Below, one piece after another: positions 34,128-48,139 of a stretch of DNA of 64,000 nucleotides; position 1 is the stretch's first letter; each line of letters begins with the position of its first letter. The position numbers and the translations under genes are program-made. The stretch comes from Takakia lepidozioides (taxonomy: Eukaryota > Plantae > Bryophyta): contig CM060734.1 of assembly GCA_030704615.1 (NCBI GenBank), forward strand, positions 58,900,001-58,964,000, written 5' to 3'. The notes below the pieces were generated by a model, which worked only from the letters and a program-made list of their open reading frames with translations, was not told the DNA's origin and did no database searches.

Positions 34128-35649
34128 AGAAGAGACAATGAAGGCAAAGTAATAGGACATCCAAAATAAACACCAGGTGCAGTATTTCGTTGTTCGACAT
34201 TGTAAACTCATCATAGCTAAGAGTGTCCGAAATTGAAACGTGAGCACAAACTTGGGTTTGGTCAGCAAATTTATTTTTATTTTTTTTACTTTATTTTTAT
34301 TTTTTCCTTCCCTCCTTTTCAAGCTGTCAAGTTATTTTATCACTACTGTGAAACTAGCTAGGAAATAGTTAGTTTTGATGTATTGACATTTGGGACTGAC
34401 CCAAATATCAATCCAGGGGCCAATGTATGTTTGGGCACCTGGCGTGGTTATCTTCACGGCAGATCGCGGTGAGCTCATCTTTCTCGAGTTGAGCCTCACC
34501 GCGTCTAGCTATGGCGCCGTAGTGTGGATCCCCCATGGCATGCAGTGCATTTGGCTCGACTGTATTTGAGTGATGATTTTATATATGCATGAGTTTATGC
34601 TTCAGCTTTGTGAGCTCGCATGAACTTGTGTGCTTGTATCATTCTTGTTTATCACTCGAGAAATATCAGCTCGAGTCTGTGAGTGTCAGGTTCGAGTTAG
34701 TTGTAGCACTTGTATTTCCAGTTTTCAGATGAGAAGCGGTTCAGCCTAGAATGCAAGGATCCGTGCATGAGTCTATCCAAAGCGGATAGCGTGCAAAGGC
34801 GAACAAGTTGCAGGTTTGCAATGGATAGAGAGGCGGTCAGTCTGTATTGAATGGTGGCGTTGCATAGCTCAACGCTATGGCAACCAAGTTTGGGCTTATA
34901 GTGTGAAGTGGAGGAGATGCAGTGAGCGAACTGGTGGTCGTCAGAATTAAGGAGATGCAGGAATGTGGGCTGCGCGTGGGGAAGCTACTGCAGCACAACC
35001 CATCATTGTATCGCAGGTTGGCAACGGTATGAGGGCCATTGGTTGCCGACCCGAAAGCACCTGCTTTGGGGCCCATGAACTACAGGTATGATCATGGTGT
35101 CGAATAGTAGAAGACCAAGCTAGAGGGCTGGTTCTTCTCTTGTGCAAATCAGTGCACTTGTGAAGCATGTGCTGAGTTGGAGTTTCAATCTGAAACTCAG
35201 CAATGTAAGGGCTCTTGGAGTGGCAAGAGCGGGGCTTGAAGGGCAGCAACGAGGTGCCCTAGAGCCAGGGAATATGCATGAGAAGTGCAAGTACACCAAG
35301 CTTTAAAAAGTATGTGTTTTCAGCTTCATTTTTGTGAGTTTCATGGAGCAAGAGAGTTTATTGGAGAGCAAAGAGCTTGTTTGGTGAGTTGGGGGTGCCT
35401 ATGGTGGACCGCCATCTGTGGCCCTACACCCTGCCCACTGACAGGTGCTGGTCCTCCTGTTTGTGCTGGTTCTTGAGGACCTGTTGTTGTAGTGGTGGAT
35501 CTTCCACCAGATGTTGGCCCCTGAGCACTCCCTGCTACTGGCCCCACTGTATTCTCAGTATCCCCAGCTCCAGTTGCACTACTTCCCACACTCCCTGTCC
35601 CCCCAGAGCCAGATCCAAGCTGCCTGCCTGATCCCCCTAAGCCGACACC

Positions 35650-36140
35650 TTCGTTGCCCTGTGATCCAAGTGCTCCACTCAGATGGGTGCAGGGTCCGCA
35701 CTTTGGTGAAGGCCTCAGCCCCTGCCTGTAATGTTAGACCCACAGCACACCCAGCCCCTAATGCCATAGCAGCCTCAACACTCGTAGCCCTATTCGGTAC
35801 ATTCTCATTCCCTGTAGTGGCTGGTAGAGGCAGCCGCTGACCTCGGCCTACTCCCTGGTCAACAGCAAGCGAATCCTTCAAGTCCTGTATATTTGAACTC
35901 GACAGCTCTCCAAAAAAATCCGAGCAATAGTTCATTTCCAATGAATCATCGAGGGGATATTGTAACCAGGACACCATTTCATCATCTTGGATATTGTTGT
36001 TAGAGGGTGCTGGGGCTCCAGCAGCTGTCTCATTCACTACTGCTTCCAGCATGGAATCCTTGACAGGGTGGGTGGCTTTGGCGGAACCACCACTTCTTCA
36101 GTTTCTTGCCCATTGGTCCAATGAGGGGAGTAGGTCAGCT
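35650..36140 (-). pseudogene. PIF: Captured fragment of a phytochrome-interacting factor (PIF)-like gene, antisense within the gag 5' region
   Basis: IQDDEMVSWLQYPLDDSLEMNYCSDFFGEL (35992-35903) matches the DEMxxWLxYP..D.CSD block known from PIF N-terminal regions; no APB or bHLH part is present. Confidence 0.72.
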
Positions 36141-39100
36141 GCAACACGGGCAAAACCACATTTTTCAATATACGCAGGGAAAGGGGATCCTGATGTACAC
36201 ATTAGCCAATTTCAGCACATGTGTATTGTGAACAATGAGAATGGCGATGATGCCAAGATGAGACTGTTTCCTTGTTCACTTATCAAGAAAGCAAGTGAAT
36301 GGTATGCAAGATTTCCAGCTAATCATTTCCTAACCTAGAATGGCCTTAGTACGGCATTCCGGAACAGGTTCAGGACAAGCAAAACTGAGGATGAAGTGTA
36401 TGGAAGTTTACAACAATTCAGGCAAAAGAAGCATGAAACTGTTGAGGAGTACATGGAAAAGATGGAGTTAATGATGAAAAATCTGACTGCTGTACCAGCG
36501 CCAGGGTTACAGAAGACCTGAATTGTGAGTGGACTAAGACCAGAGTTGCAAAAGAAAGTGGATATGTTACCCTATAATACAGTGGAGGAGGCATTTGAAA
36601 CAGCCAACAGGATTGAGCAATTGGGAATGCTCATAAGAGATAAAAGGGATGATGATGACTCTGAGGATGAGTCAGATGAGGAAGAAGAGCAAGAGCTCAA
36701 AAGGAAGAGTAAGAAGAAGAAAAGTTGAAGAGGGAAAACTATGAAAAAAAGGCTGGAGGAGATCTTGAAGAAGTATGCCACGGAGGCTGCAACACATTGG
36801 AGGAATGGTGTTTGGTGTGCAAAATACCAGAATGAAGGCCATACCGCAGCTGAATGCTACATGAAGGAGAAACACTGTACTATCTGTAAAATGGATAACC
36901 ATTCTACTGAGAATTGTTACTACAACATAAGAACAGCTGCAAGAGAACCTAGGCAAGTAAGGGTGCATCAAGTGCAGCCCCAGCCAAGAAGAAACAATGA
37001 TCAGGACCACTATGGAAGGCTTGGTGGTTATAACAATGGTATGGAAAGGAGAGGTAATCCAAGAGGGAATTACCAAGGCAATCCCAGGGGCAACTATCAG
37101 GGTAATCCAAGGGGGAATTACCAGCCAGGGAATCAGGATTACAGAAATAATCCCAGAGCAGATCAAGGGCGAGGACCCAATGGTGAAGAACTGTGTTACT
37201 ATTGTAATCACGCAGGACATTGCAAGGCAGCCTGTTCATTCTGGATTAGACACCAGAATGAGATGAGAGCTCCTGTGAATGAGGGGCCAGTGGTGGCAGC
37301 TCACATGGTTAGGCCATGTGTTGTATCAGAAGTAAGTACAATGATAGTAACCAGAAGCAAAGCTAAATTAATACCTCTAGTAGATGAGGAAGATGATGAT
37401 AATGAAGATGGCAGTGATGTGCCTGAAGATGATGAGGCTTGGAGAGATGAGAAGGAACTGCACAAGGAAGTGGCTGATACCAAAAGGGAAATGCAGAAGA
37501 GTACTGATATCCCTATGGCAGATTCCTCTGTTTCTGGAAGAGAAGATGAAGAGAGTGAAGATGAAGTGAAGAAAGAAGTTGCACAAGTGCAGGGTAATGA
37601 AGGGACTTTGGCTGAAGTAATATGTGAGTCCAAGGCGGAGATTACCATTGGACAACTATTGGTTGTGGCACCTCATTGTAGGCACAGGCTGTATCAAGCA
37701 ATCAATCAGATTGCCCATGTGACAGAGAACACAGGCGTGAACAGCTGGGTGACCAGTTATAATGTGAAGCCGGAAGGGCGAGAAACAGTCATGGACTTTG
37801 ATGATTCTATGCCAGTAATCCAATTGAGAATTGGAAGCACAGACCTGACTGATGTACTGATAGATGGAGGCTCTGGAGTGAATATCATGACAGACCAATT
37901 AAGGTTGAAGCTTGGTCTAAGTAACATGAAACCAGCCCCATTCACAGTAACAATGGCAGATCAAAGAAGTGTTCAGCCATTAGGCTTGATAAGAGGAGTC
38001 AAGATACAGATTCAAAAGATGATCTTTAAGATCACAGTGACTGTATTGAAAATGGATGATGTCATGGAAGCTTACTCCTTATTGTTGGGTCGACCATGGC
38101 TGAGACAGGCCAGGGTATTCCATGACTGGAATTTCCAGTTGCTAACTGTGCATGATGGGAAGCGCAAGATACAAATCACCACTAAGAAATCTAGTAGACT
38201 ACCTGCTACGAGAAGACCTCGAGGAGTCAGAGAGTATGACTGGAGAAAAGGACTTGATGAGGAGCAGGAAGCTACCCTGTTCGCTGCACACCTAGAGTGG
38301 GAGCAGGTTGCAGAAATGCAACTGGAAGGCCTAAGTTGTTTAAAAGGTATCTGTTGTGGTGTAGTAACAGCAACACCAATTGAGGGTGAAACAAGTAGTT
38401 ACCCACCACATTTCTATGAGGAAAGAGAGGGAGAAATGGAAATCCTAGAAGAACTAGCCACTGTAAGTTTACATGATGAAGTAGTGATTGGTTGGACAAT
38501 CACAGCTGATGAGCAAGTGAGAGAAGTGAATGTAGGAACTGAGAAGGAACCGAGAATGGTGAAAGTAGGGGCTGACTTGGAGCCAGAATTCTTTGAGGAA
38601 GCTAAGAGTATGTTCATCAATACAGAGATGTATTTGCTTAGAGCTATGAGGATTTGAAAGGGATACCACCTGAGATCTGTCAGCATAAGATTGAACTGGA
38701 ACCAAGGTCAGTACCAATCAAACAGGCAAGGTACAGAATGAATCCCAACTATGCACAGAAGGTTGGGGAAGAGATCAAGAAGTTGGCTGAGGCTAAGTTC
38801 ATATACCCGATAGAGAATACAACTTGGTTGTCACCCATTGTGATAGTTCCCAAGAAGAATGGTAAACTGAGAGTTTGTGTAAACTATAAGAAGTTGAATG
38901 CTTGTACAAAGAAAGATCCCTTCCCTTTGTTATTCACAGAAGCGGTGCTGGACACTATGGCAGGCCATGAGATGTACTCATTCATGGATGGCTTCAGTGG
39001 GTATAGCCAAGTGCAAGTGGTAGAAGAAGACCAGGAAAAGACAGCTTTCATCACAGATTGGGGTGCTTATGCATACAAAGTCATGTCTTTTGGACTTTGT

Positions 39101-41439
39101 AATGCACCAGCAACTTTTCAGAGAGTGATAAGTGAATCTTTCCATGAGTATCTGGATGATTTCATGCAGGTGTTCTTAGATGACTTCAGTGTGTACAGTT
39201 CTAAGAATGAGCACTTACATAAATTGGAGTTATGTTTGGCCAGATGCAGGATGAGAGGTCTGGGCCTGAATCCAGAGAAGTGTACTTTCTGTGTGAACTC
39301 AGGGGTACTTTTGGGACACATTGTGTATAAGAGGGGACTGCTTGTGGATCCCAGAAAGACAGAGGCTATTAAAGCCTCTCCACCACCAGGAAATTTTAAG
39401 AGTCTAAGGAGATTCCTTGGACAAACCAATTATTACAGAAGATTTGTCAGACGGTATGCACAGATAGCAGCACCATTGAGCAAGCTTCTGAAGAAACATG
39501 CAGTGTTTGCATGGACAGCTGAATGTCAACAGGCTTTTGAGGAACTTACATTGTCAATAACAACTACAACCCTCACTGGTATGTAGTATTTCATGTTCAC
39601 TGTGATGCCTCAGGAGAAGCGTTGGGAGCAGTGTTAGCCCAAAATGTTACAGGAAACATAGATTCACCTGTGTACTATGCTAGCAGGTTGATGAACAGTG
39701 CTGAAATGAACTATAGCACAACTGAAAGAGAAGCATTGGCAATGATATATGCAGTCAAGAAATTCAGGCATTACCTATTGGGAAGGAAGTTTCTGTTTTA
39801 TGTGGATCATCAGGCTCTGATTTATCTGGTGAACAAGCCTTTGATAAGTGGCAAGATAGCAAGATGGTTAATAATCTTGCACGAGTTTGAGTTTGAAGTT
39901 GTTTACAAGCCTGGCCGTTTGCATCTTGTGGCAGATCACTTGTCACGCCTAGCAACAGGAGAGCCCGCCACGGGAGTCGACGACCAACTACCTGATGCGA
40001 GTTTATTTGCAGTGGAGGTGCAGGGAAGTGCAGATGATTAGTTAGATTGGCAGTGGCCAATCAGATACTACCTTACTCATGGTCAGTGCCCACCTAGTTA
40101 TGGGAAGGAGCAGATGAAGAGAATAGCTATCAAGGCTTTACCTTACACTATGATAGGGGGCAGAATGTATAAGCTAGGACCTGATGGAGTTCTTAAACGA
40201 TGCTTGTACCAACATGAAGTAAATAAAGTTTTGGAGGAAGTTCATAAGTAAAGGAGTGGCTGGAGGTCATTTTGGAGAAGAGACTACCAGTAGAAAGATA
40301 CTACTTGTAGGTTATTGGTAGCCTACCTTGTTCAAGGATGTACACAAATATTGCAAAAGTTGTAATGAGTGTCAGAGGCTAGGACCATTGCAGAGATATG
40401 GGAAGATGGCTTTGCATCCTACAATGCCTACTGAACCATTTCAGAAATGGGGACTAGACTTTGTTGGACCAATTAACCCACCAACCCGAAATACACAGAA
40501 CAAGTATATAATCACAGCCACTGATTATACTACAAAGTGGGTGGAAGCTAAAAGCTCTGAGGGACAACACAGCTAAGTCTACAGCAAGGTTCTTGTATGA
40601 GAACATACTTACAAGATTTGGTTGTCCCCTGGAATTTATCAGTGACCAGGGAAGTCACTTCATTAATGAGACCATAGAACTATTGACTAAAGAGTTCATG
40701 ATTGTGCATATGAAGAGTACAACCTATTACCCACAGGGTAATGGGCAGGCAAAGGCCACCAACAAAATACTATGTACTATCTTGGCTAAGATAGTCAATG
40801 CAAACAGAACAGATTGGGATACAAAGTTGCTGACAGCTTTGTGGTCATACATGACTTCATATAAAGTCACCACTAAGTATACACCATTCCAATTAGTTTA
40901 TGGTATGGAAGCTTTACTTCCAGTGGAGTTCTTGTTATCTACCATGAGAACTGAATGGGGAAGGAGAATGGAATTGGAAGATTCAATTAAGGTCAGGAAA
41001 CATGAATTATACCATGTGGAAGAAGTACGTGCTGATGCAGCGGATAACATGACCAGAATTCAGATGATGAGGAAGGATCAGTTTGATGAAGGTAAATTAA
41101 AGACTTTTAAGACAAGAGATTTGGTACTGTGGTTGTAGAAGAAGGGAAAGATTAAAGCTTCTAAGCTTAAATCACCATGGAAAGGTTCTTATGTCATACA
41201 GAAGATGTATGATAACAACACAGCCATGTTACAAACCATAAACAAAGATATGCTGGGAAGAGTCAATGCCAATAAGTTGAAGGGATACAGTGGTATCCAT
41301 GACAAACCATTGCGGCACGATTTGCATGTTGAAACACAGAAACAGTCACGGGCTGCACCGGTGATACCAACGGAGTATGGAGCACTTGTCATTAAGCCGA
41401 GTGTGTATGGCCAGGGCCGTAGGTACAGGTGTTCGCATA

Positions 41440-41570
41440 GCTATCACAGCCTACCACAGTGTGACACAGTCTATCACAGCCCACCACAGTGTCACACAGT
41501 CTATCACAGCCCATCACAGCATCACACAGCCTATCACAGCTCATCACAGTCTGACATAGCCTAACACAGC
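41440..41570 (+). repeat. ~21-bp tandem repeats built from cacag units
   Basis: cacagtctatcacagcccac-like units; a related array lies at 46105-46250. Confidence 0.8.
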
Positions 41571-41599
41571 CCACGCGGGTTGTACAGTCCATAGGGTTA

Positions 41600-44500
41600 G
41601 TGACAGGTGGATGCGGGTTAACGTCAGAAAAGTGGTTGGCGGGTGAAAGGACAGCTTGGAAGTCAAACTCGAAGAATGTGCCACGCGGACAGGGGAAGAC
41701 GGAGGCATGTCTAAAAACGAACACGTGGCCACTAGGGCGAAGCACACCGCGGTGCATATATTGCAAAAGTGGGTGTCATCATGCCAGAGGACAAACAGGG
41801 CCGTCAAAGTACCTAACCGGTACAGCAGCCAAAACTATTTGTGGGCCCATTAATGCATTCAGGGCAAAGGTAACGAAACCCTTTACGAATACAAAAAAAG
41901 GGGACTTTTGCCACATGTGTTGTCCTAGTGGACATTCCAGGTGGGAATGTCCACTGAGGAGGGTAAAGTTAAGAAGTTACCCAAGGAGGCAACAGCCAAT
42001 CAGGAGCGAGAATTTCATGCAGGTGGTTCCCTCTAAGGAACAAGAACAAGAAATTAGAAGAGTTATGAGCGGAAGAGTCGGGGTGACTCCGAATAACCAG
42101 TGTCTCGACGGGAGGGGCAATCAAAGCTATAGCTTTGTAGTTGTGGCGGATATTACAGATTATACGCTCGCTTTACTTCTTACGCAGTGGCGCAAGGACA
42201 GACGGGTTGAGAGTACATTCTCTCTCACTCGATACTCGCAAGCCCCACATGCTTACACGCACTTACCCATTCCATTATGTGCCAACCATACTTTTATGCT
42301 CTACGCCTTGCAAGCTTTCTTAGAGCTATTTCAAACAAGGCCATCTTGTTTGTCTGGAATGAAGAGAATTCGGGGAATGGAGGATGTCAGGGTGAAGAGC
42401 ACCACGATTATGCAGAAGCAGACAATTGCTACACCTCAGGCAGTGCAGTTGTGGAAGGAGTTGCGATTGGAGGGACTGCTACGCAAGGAATGGTCCTTGC
42501 ATCATAGGGCGTTCATGATACAATTCATTCAGAACTTTGAACCTCAGACGGGAGTTACACAAGTGAGGGGAGTAGATATAGAGATTATTCCCCAATACTT
42601 ACAGCAATTGTTTGAATTGCCATCAGGCCGTGTAAATGTCGATGAGCACAGGGCAAGATTGCAGATAGGCAATTTGTTCCAAGAAGGGAGTTTCATTAAG
42701 ACTCAGGGATACACTTGCACCAAGGCCGAGTACACAGGGTTAAAAGAAGTTGGTCAGGTTCTGAACGTTGTGTTTGCCATGAAACAAAACCAACAATACC
42801 TTAGCAGATCCTACACGGAGGAGTTACTGAAAGCCTTGAGGGGGGAAGATGTGGCTTGGGCGGACTTAATGTACAATGGTTTGGTGGAAGAGATGAAGCG
42901 CTTACAAGGCACTGCTGCTAAATCTCCAATCATTGTGTTTGGCCCAGTGATTGCGCAAATTATTCTTGATTCTTGCATACTTGATGCGCGAGAACGTAAG
43001 GAGATGGGAGTGTTTGAGACAACAACCACTGCAATTGAGGAGCATGGCTCTTCACATGGTGAAGGTGGATTGGAAGGGCGGCACCAGTCCAAGAGACAAA
43101 AGAGGGACACGACTATAGTGGCAGATCCACTAGCTTCAAGGAAACCGCAAAATGATGATATTTCCATAGCTCTTGTGCAAGATGGGGAACAACAACACCG
43201 AGGGCTGTTATTACTGGAAGCACAACCTTTGGAGAGGGAAGAAGAAGTCACTTCAATACCACAGCCATCACAGCCAGTTGACTCGGTTGTCTCAGAGGTC
43301 CCTTAGTTAGTACATGTTGTTGCACCAGAGCCTATTGCCCTGGAAGGAGAAGTGTTGGACATCCCACTACAGAGCAGGTCGTGGCAGACATTGAGAAGGG
43401 TGACCTTCTCTATGAAAACTCTGGCTTGGTCAGGGAACCAGTGGTACCAGAGGTGCAGAGTTTGTCCAAGGAAATCCCTGCTGTGCATGTAATACCCAAA
43501 CCTTTGGCGGAGGTTCCGGAGGTAGAATGTAAGGGCACTGCAGCGCCTGTGGAGAATGGGGTCGTTCAGGAAGAGGATCTTGTGGGAACATGGCCTGAAT
43601 GGTTGGTGAAACATCACACTGTGGAGGATCAGGGAGAATAGCAGCAAGTTCACCAGGAAGATCCACATCAGGCCATGCTTATGAGTTCTATAAGCAGGAC
43701 ACTCAATTTGTTGGGCACTTATGTGAAATCCCATGTTCCATCTACACAATTGGCACCTTTGAGGGAGGAACTCAAGCAGGAGTGTGAGGCTAGAATTGCC
43801 ACTGAGTGTGCAAACAAGGTGGATGTGGAGGCCAACCTCAAGTTGCAGAAAGAATTGGAGGACACCGAGGCTGTCCTGCAGCTAGCAAAGGGGAATCTGA
43901 TTGAAGCAGGTCTGGAGCAGGGGAAATTGCATGAAGCACATAAGCAGCAGCTATACCAATTACAGGTGCAGCATGAGGGCAAATTGCAGGAAGTGAAGCT
44001 GCTTCATACAGAGTTGGAGACAGTTCATCAGAGAATGACCATACAATGTGCCACACTAACAACTGTTCTGGAGCAAACTGCGTTAGAAGTTAACAGACAA
44101 GCAGAGAGATGTATGATGGCCGAGGCTGAGATAGTAGAGCAAGGGAAACTTATTGCTGATCTGAAGGCTACTCTCCGTCGCAATGAGGATACTTTTCAAC
44201 AATACAGTCAGGTTGAGGCTGAGAAGGAAAGTTCATCCTGCAGTTGCAGCAATCACTCACGGGCCACAAGAATGAACTCTTTGTGGCTAACAAGGCTTGG
44301 AAGGAAGCCAATAATCTGGCTGCTGCCTATGCGGCCCTGGTTGAACCTCATGCAAAGCGCATGGAGGCTTTACAGTAGCAATTAGATGTGTACAGACTCA
44401 AGGAGGAGCAGGCTCTCAAGGGTGCTACACAGGACTTGGTGGATAATCATCTTATGCAAGTATGGTTAATACAAGGCCCGGTAGAAGGGAAGGCACCACG

Positions 44501-45990
44501 GAAGCTCACTCAGGGGGAGATGAATGATCTTAGATTGCAGGTGCAGAACATTGCCACAACTACTATAGACAATGTTTATAGTAGGATAGCGGAGTTACAT
44601 GATGATTTGGAAGGCCTGCAAACTCAAGTGGATGACCTGAGTTTCAATATTGAAAAAAAAAATCTTTATTCCTAAGGAGCAGCTGGTGGCTATTTATTTG
44701 CATGCCATGACTCTGATTTTCCAGTCTTCATCACAGGAGGTGCAAGAGTTGTCAGCAGTAGGAGGGACAGCGGCGGCAATATCACAACCTCTACAACAGG
44801 TGGCTGTGCAGGTGGCTGACGCTGTTGATACCATGGCGCCACCACAGTCTGAGGTTTGGGGGGATGTTGCTTTCAACCCACCTAGGAGTCCTGCTACGTG
44901 GGAGTACAATCAGGCTATGATTATGCCATTCAACCAAATTCCCATTGTGATGGATTTGGCTTGGAAGGAATTCAGTCCTCCACAATCTTTGGCACATTAT
45001 TACCAGATCATGCGCATTTGGTTGCTAGTGGCAACTCGGACTAAGGTTCTTCCAAACAATCGACCCATTGAGGATCATCATTTTGCAAGGTACTGGTCTG
45101 AGGCAAGCACTATGCTGAAGGAATTAATTGCCTTCCAGGTTGTTCATGGGTACATCTACACCAAGACCAAGGAGATATCTAGTATTGTCATGGGCTGTGG
45201 ATTGTACTATGCTGCTTGTTTCATGGCACGTTATCACATTGAGCAGCAGAAGATGCAATCACAATTTTTGAGTTATTCCAGTGGGGATCATTGGGTCTTA
45301 CCTTCAGTTCCGCCCCATATGTATCTATATGATGCGAAAGTCATGATGCAGAAGGATTCCCAGCTTCGTTCATGGTTTAATTTGGCTTGGAACAACTTGG
45401 TCAAAGAAAAATTGGGCCCTGATGATATTTTCTATAAAGGACATGAAGCTTGGAAATACTTACACTATTCCAAAGTCATTGGCACACCTCTCACCTATAC
45501 GGCCAAGGAGTTCAGGAAGTTCACTCATTTTGCTTGCAAGCGTTTACAACAAGTAGTACAGTTTAAGCTTCCATACTTGGTGGGCCAACATTGTATGCCA
45601 CGCAGGATTCCGGAGGAGCCACTTAAAGTTCGGCCGCCAAAACACCTCAGGGAGGAAGATGATTCTGATACTACTGGTTCTTCAGAGGAACCTTTAGACA
45701 TGGCGGAGGACTATGCACTCCAGATGGCAGAGAAGAAACAACGGGGATCTCCTATGCCTGAGAGGTTACCTCGTTATCAACCACAGGTGGGTCAGACATT
45801 TCCATTTGGTGCTCAATCACCTCCATCCGCCAGTGACAGGGCTCGAGCTCGCACACAGAGCCCTTCAGGAGACTCGCACCATCAGAAGGGTGCTCGCTCA
45901 CAAAGGTTTGCTGATCCTAAGCAGTACACCGTGAGGACACGACTTTTTGAGAGGGGGAGGGGTAATTTTAGAGGGCTGTTTGGGACATAG
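41600..45990 (+). pseudogene. Long extra sense ORF(s) between integrase and PPT (unknown function; CCHC knuckle and coiled-coil-like segment)
   Basis: Consecutive ORFs 41600-43306, 43381-43641, 43675-44385, 44388-44675 and 44650-45990. Confidence 0.6.
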
Positions 45991-46104
45991 ACGCTTTTAC
46001 GGGTTCTGTGGGGGTACCCTTAATTTTGCGCAGACTTACAGATGGTAGACTTAGGCCACACAGGTTTAGGGGTGGTAGACAGGCTCACATAGTCAAGTCA
46101 TGGG

Positions 46105-46250
46105 TTATCACAGCCCGACACAGCCCGTCACAGTCTATCACAGCTTTGCACAGCCAGTCACAGTCCGACACAGCCCGACACAGCTTTACACAGTCAGTCA
46201 CAGCTCGGCACAGTCACAGCCCAACACAGTTTGGCACAGCCCGTCACAGC
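46105..46250 (+). repeat. cacag-based short repeats in the presumed 3' LTR
   Basis: More than 10 cacag units at about 10-bp spacing just after the PPT. Confidence 0.7.
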
Positions 46251-47339
46251 GCACGGAGGGAACGGTTATCATTAGTAGGGAACTACTGTGTGGGAACGAC
46301 ATCTGCAGAGGGAACGTGTTACTTAAGGGTGACAGTTAGTTAGTTAGGCGGTTGGAACAGCTTGCAGGTAGATTAGGCAGGGAGGGGATCACTTCACGGG
46401 GAGCGCTTCCTGGTCATGCATGAGAGGAGATCGGGCGGAGAGCAAGAACGGGAGCAAGGATGGAGAGCACGGTGAAGGAGGAAAGATGAACAGTAGATGC
46501 TTGTTACATGCAAAGCTGTAGTGATACTGTAGGGCAGATTAGAGTCACCATGGCATTGGCCTGATACCTGATAAATCATAATCTGATACTAATTCGATAC
46601 AATCACACTGTGTAGAGAGACATGAGTGAAGCTGTGGAATGAATGGATGAGTGAATGGAACTTGGTAGATACTGAAGCAATCTGATGCTTCAGTATACAC
46701 AGTAAGGTAAATTGCTAACATGAAGGCAAGAAGAAATACAAATAGGAAGCACAACCATGATTCACTAGCTGTAGGTCATGACTGATTGTTCTGAGCGGGT
46801 TGAGTGCTTAGAGATATCCAACTCTTCTATCTTGGAGTTTCCACCTCAGATAGCGAAGGGATGGGTGAGTAAAAGCCGCTCGACAGAGGGGTATGTGGCC
46901 ATCATGATCACACAGGTGACACTTACCAATGCCCCTCTAACGTATCACAACAAGTCCATGAAGCCTGCGCACACAGGGTTGGGAGACACTCTAGATCATG
47001 TTACAGTTTGGAGTGACAAGTTTGTGAAAATCCAGAAAGTGAAGTGATGAGCGTTTGACTGCCCCGAATTTTGAGTGCATCATCTGCCATGTGTTAGGAT
47101 TGCACCAGTCCAAGAGATGCCAGTGTACACATCTTCTGCTCAGGCATTTGGAAGTCTACTTAGACTTTGCAGCTTTGTGCATTTTTGTAGCGGCACCAGA
47201 TTAGATTATGGAAATAATCTCAGATCATTAACTCACGTTGTATTTAAACTAATGTTCCAATTTGAAGTGTGCTTTCATGTTTCAATGGTGTTTTCGTGTG
47301 CTTTGAATGGTGCTTTATGTTTCAATGCTGCTAGAGTCA

Positions 47340-48139
47340 GGCCCAGGACTACGCTCATATATAGGACTACCTCCCATCCACACAGCCTCCGGCACGTGCC
47401 ACTTTAACCCCCCCGTGTTCGCCCATACGCGTGTCACGTGCTATATCCAGACTCCACAGAGCACCATGGAAGTCATATGATCCAGTCATAACGAGCACCC
47501 CCACCCTGCGTAATTTGACTCCACGTGTGGACGTGGCATTAAACGTCCGAAGTCATACATGCCTCATACATGCCAGTCATGAAAGCCCCTCCCGAAGCCC
47601 ATTGTCCTGGCACATGTCATGTCCCATTTGCGCCACGTGTGGCACTCGGGTTAGTCGGCGGGAGTCATACATGCCAGTCTTGGAAGACCCCCTCTCCCTC
47701 ACCCTATCACGCCACACGTCATGTCCAGTCTAATCCACGTGGTGTCCTGGGGGTTAATATGCGGATGTCACCCTGTCGTGCCACGTGTCCTTCCCGGTAT
47801 TCTCCACGTGCTATCCTGGGATTAATCCTCCAAAGTCGTATATGCCAGTCGTGAAGACCTTGTCACATTCCCTTTGTCGTGACACGTGGCATATCCCTTC
47901 CGTTCCACGTGAAGCTGACATGGATTCGCAGTCAATTATTACGGTCTTATCAATGACTATGATTAGGTGTCCCCGTTGCCACGTCAACATTGAGCTTCAC
48001 GACTGGCAGATACGACTCTATGGCGCTTACGACTCATTGTCACAACTTACTGGGTTTATCTGACTAGGCAGTCATGCAGTCATAAAAGGCTGATACGACT
48101 GGAAAATAGCAGACGTAAAAGCCGGATTTTCTACTAGTG
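47340..48139. mobile_element. CACTA (En/Spm)-type transposon end with subterminal repeats
   Basis: ttttctactagtg at 48127-48139 (= CACTAGTAGAAAA) preceded by many ccacgtg / gccagtc motifs. The partner end was not found. Confidence 0.65.

Larger units (their letters stand above)
35400..46900 (+). mobile_element. Large degenerate non-chromovirus Ty3/gypsy retrotransposon (gag, PR, RT, RH, INT, plus extra ORFs); boundaries approximate
   Basis: gag with CCHC knuckles (36145-37260), VLIDGGSGVN protease, RT FLDDFSVY, RNase H (YSTTEREALA), integrase ([18 protein letters not shown]). PPT-like gagagggggaggggtaa at 45949-45965. No matching 5' LTR found. Confidence 0.88.

Noticed and set aside
34400-35400. 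Candidate 5' LTR/PBS of the large Ty3/gypsy element
   Set aside because: No visible similarity to the sequence after the PPT (45966 onward) and no clear PBS.
33504-48139. Pairing CACTA at 33504 with TAGTG at 48139 as one element
   Set aside because: The TIRs match only in the first 5 bp and the flanking 3-mers (act versus ata) differ. CACTA at 5873 also has no partner.
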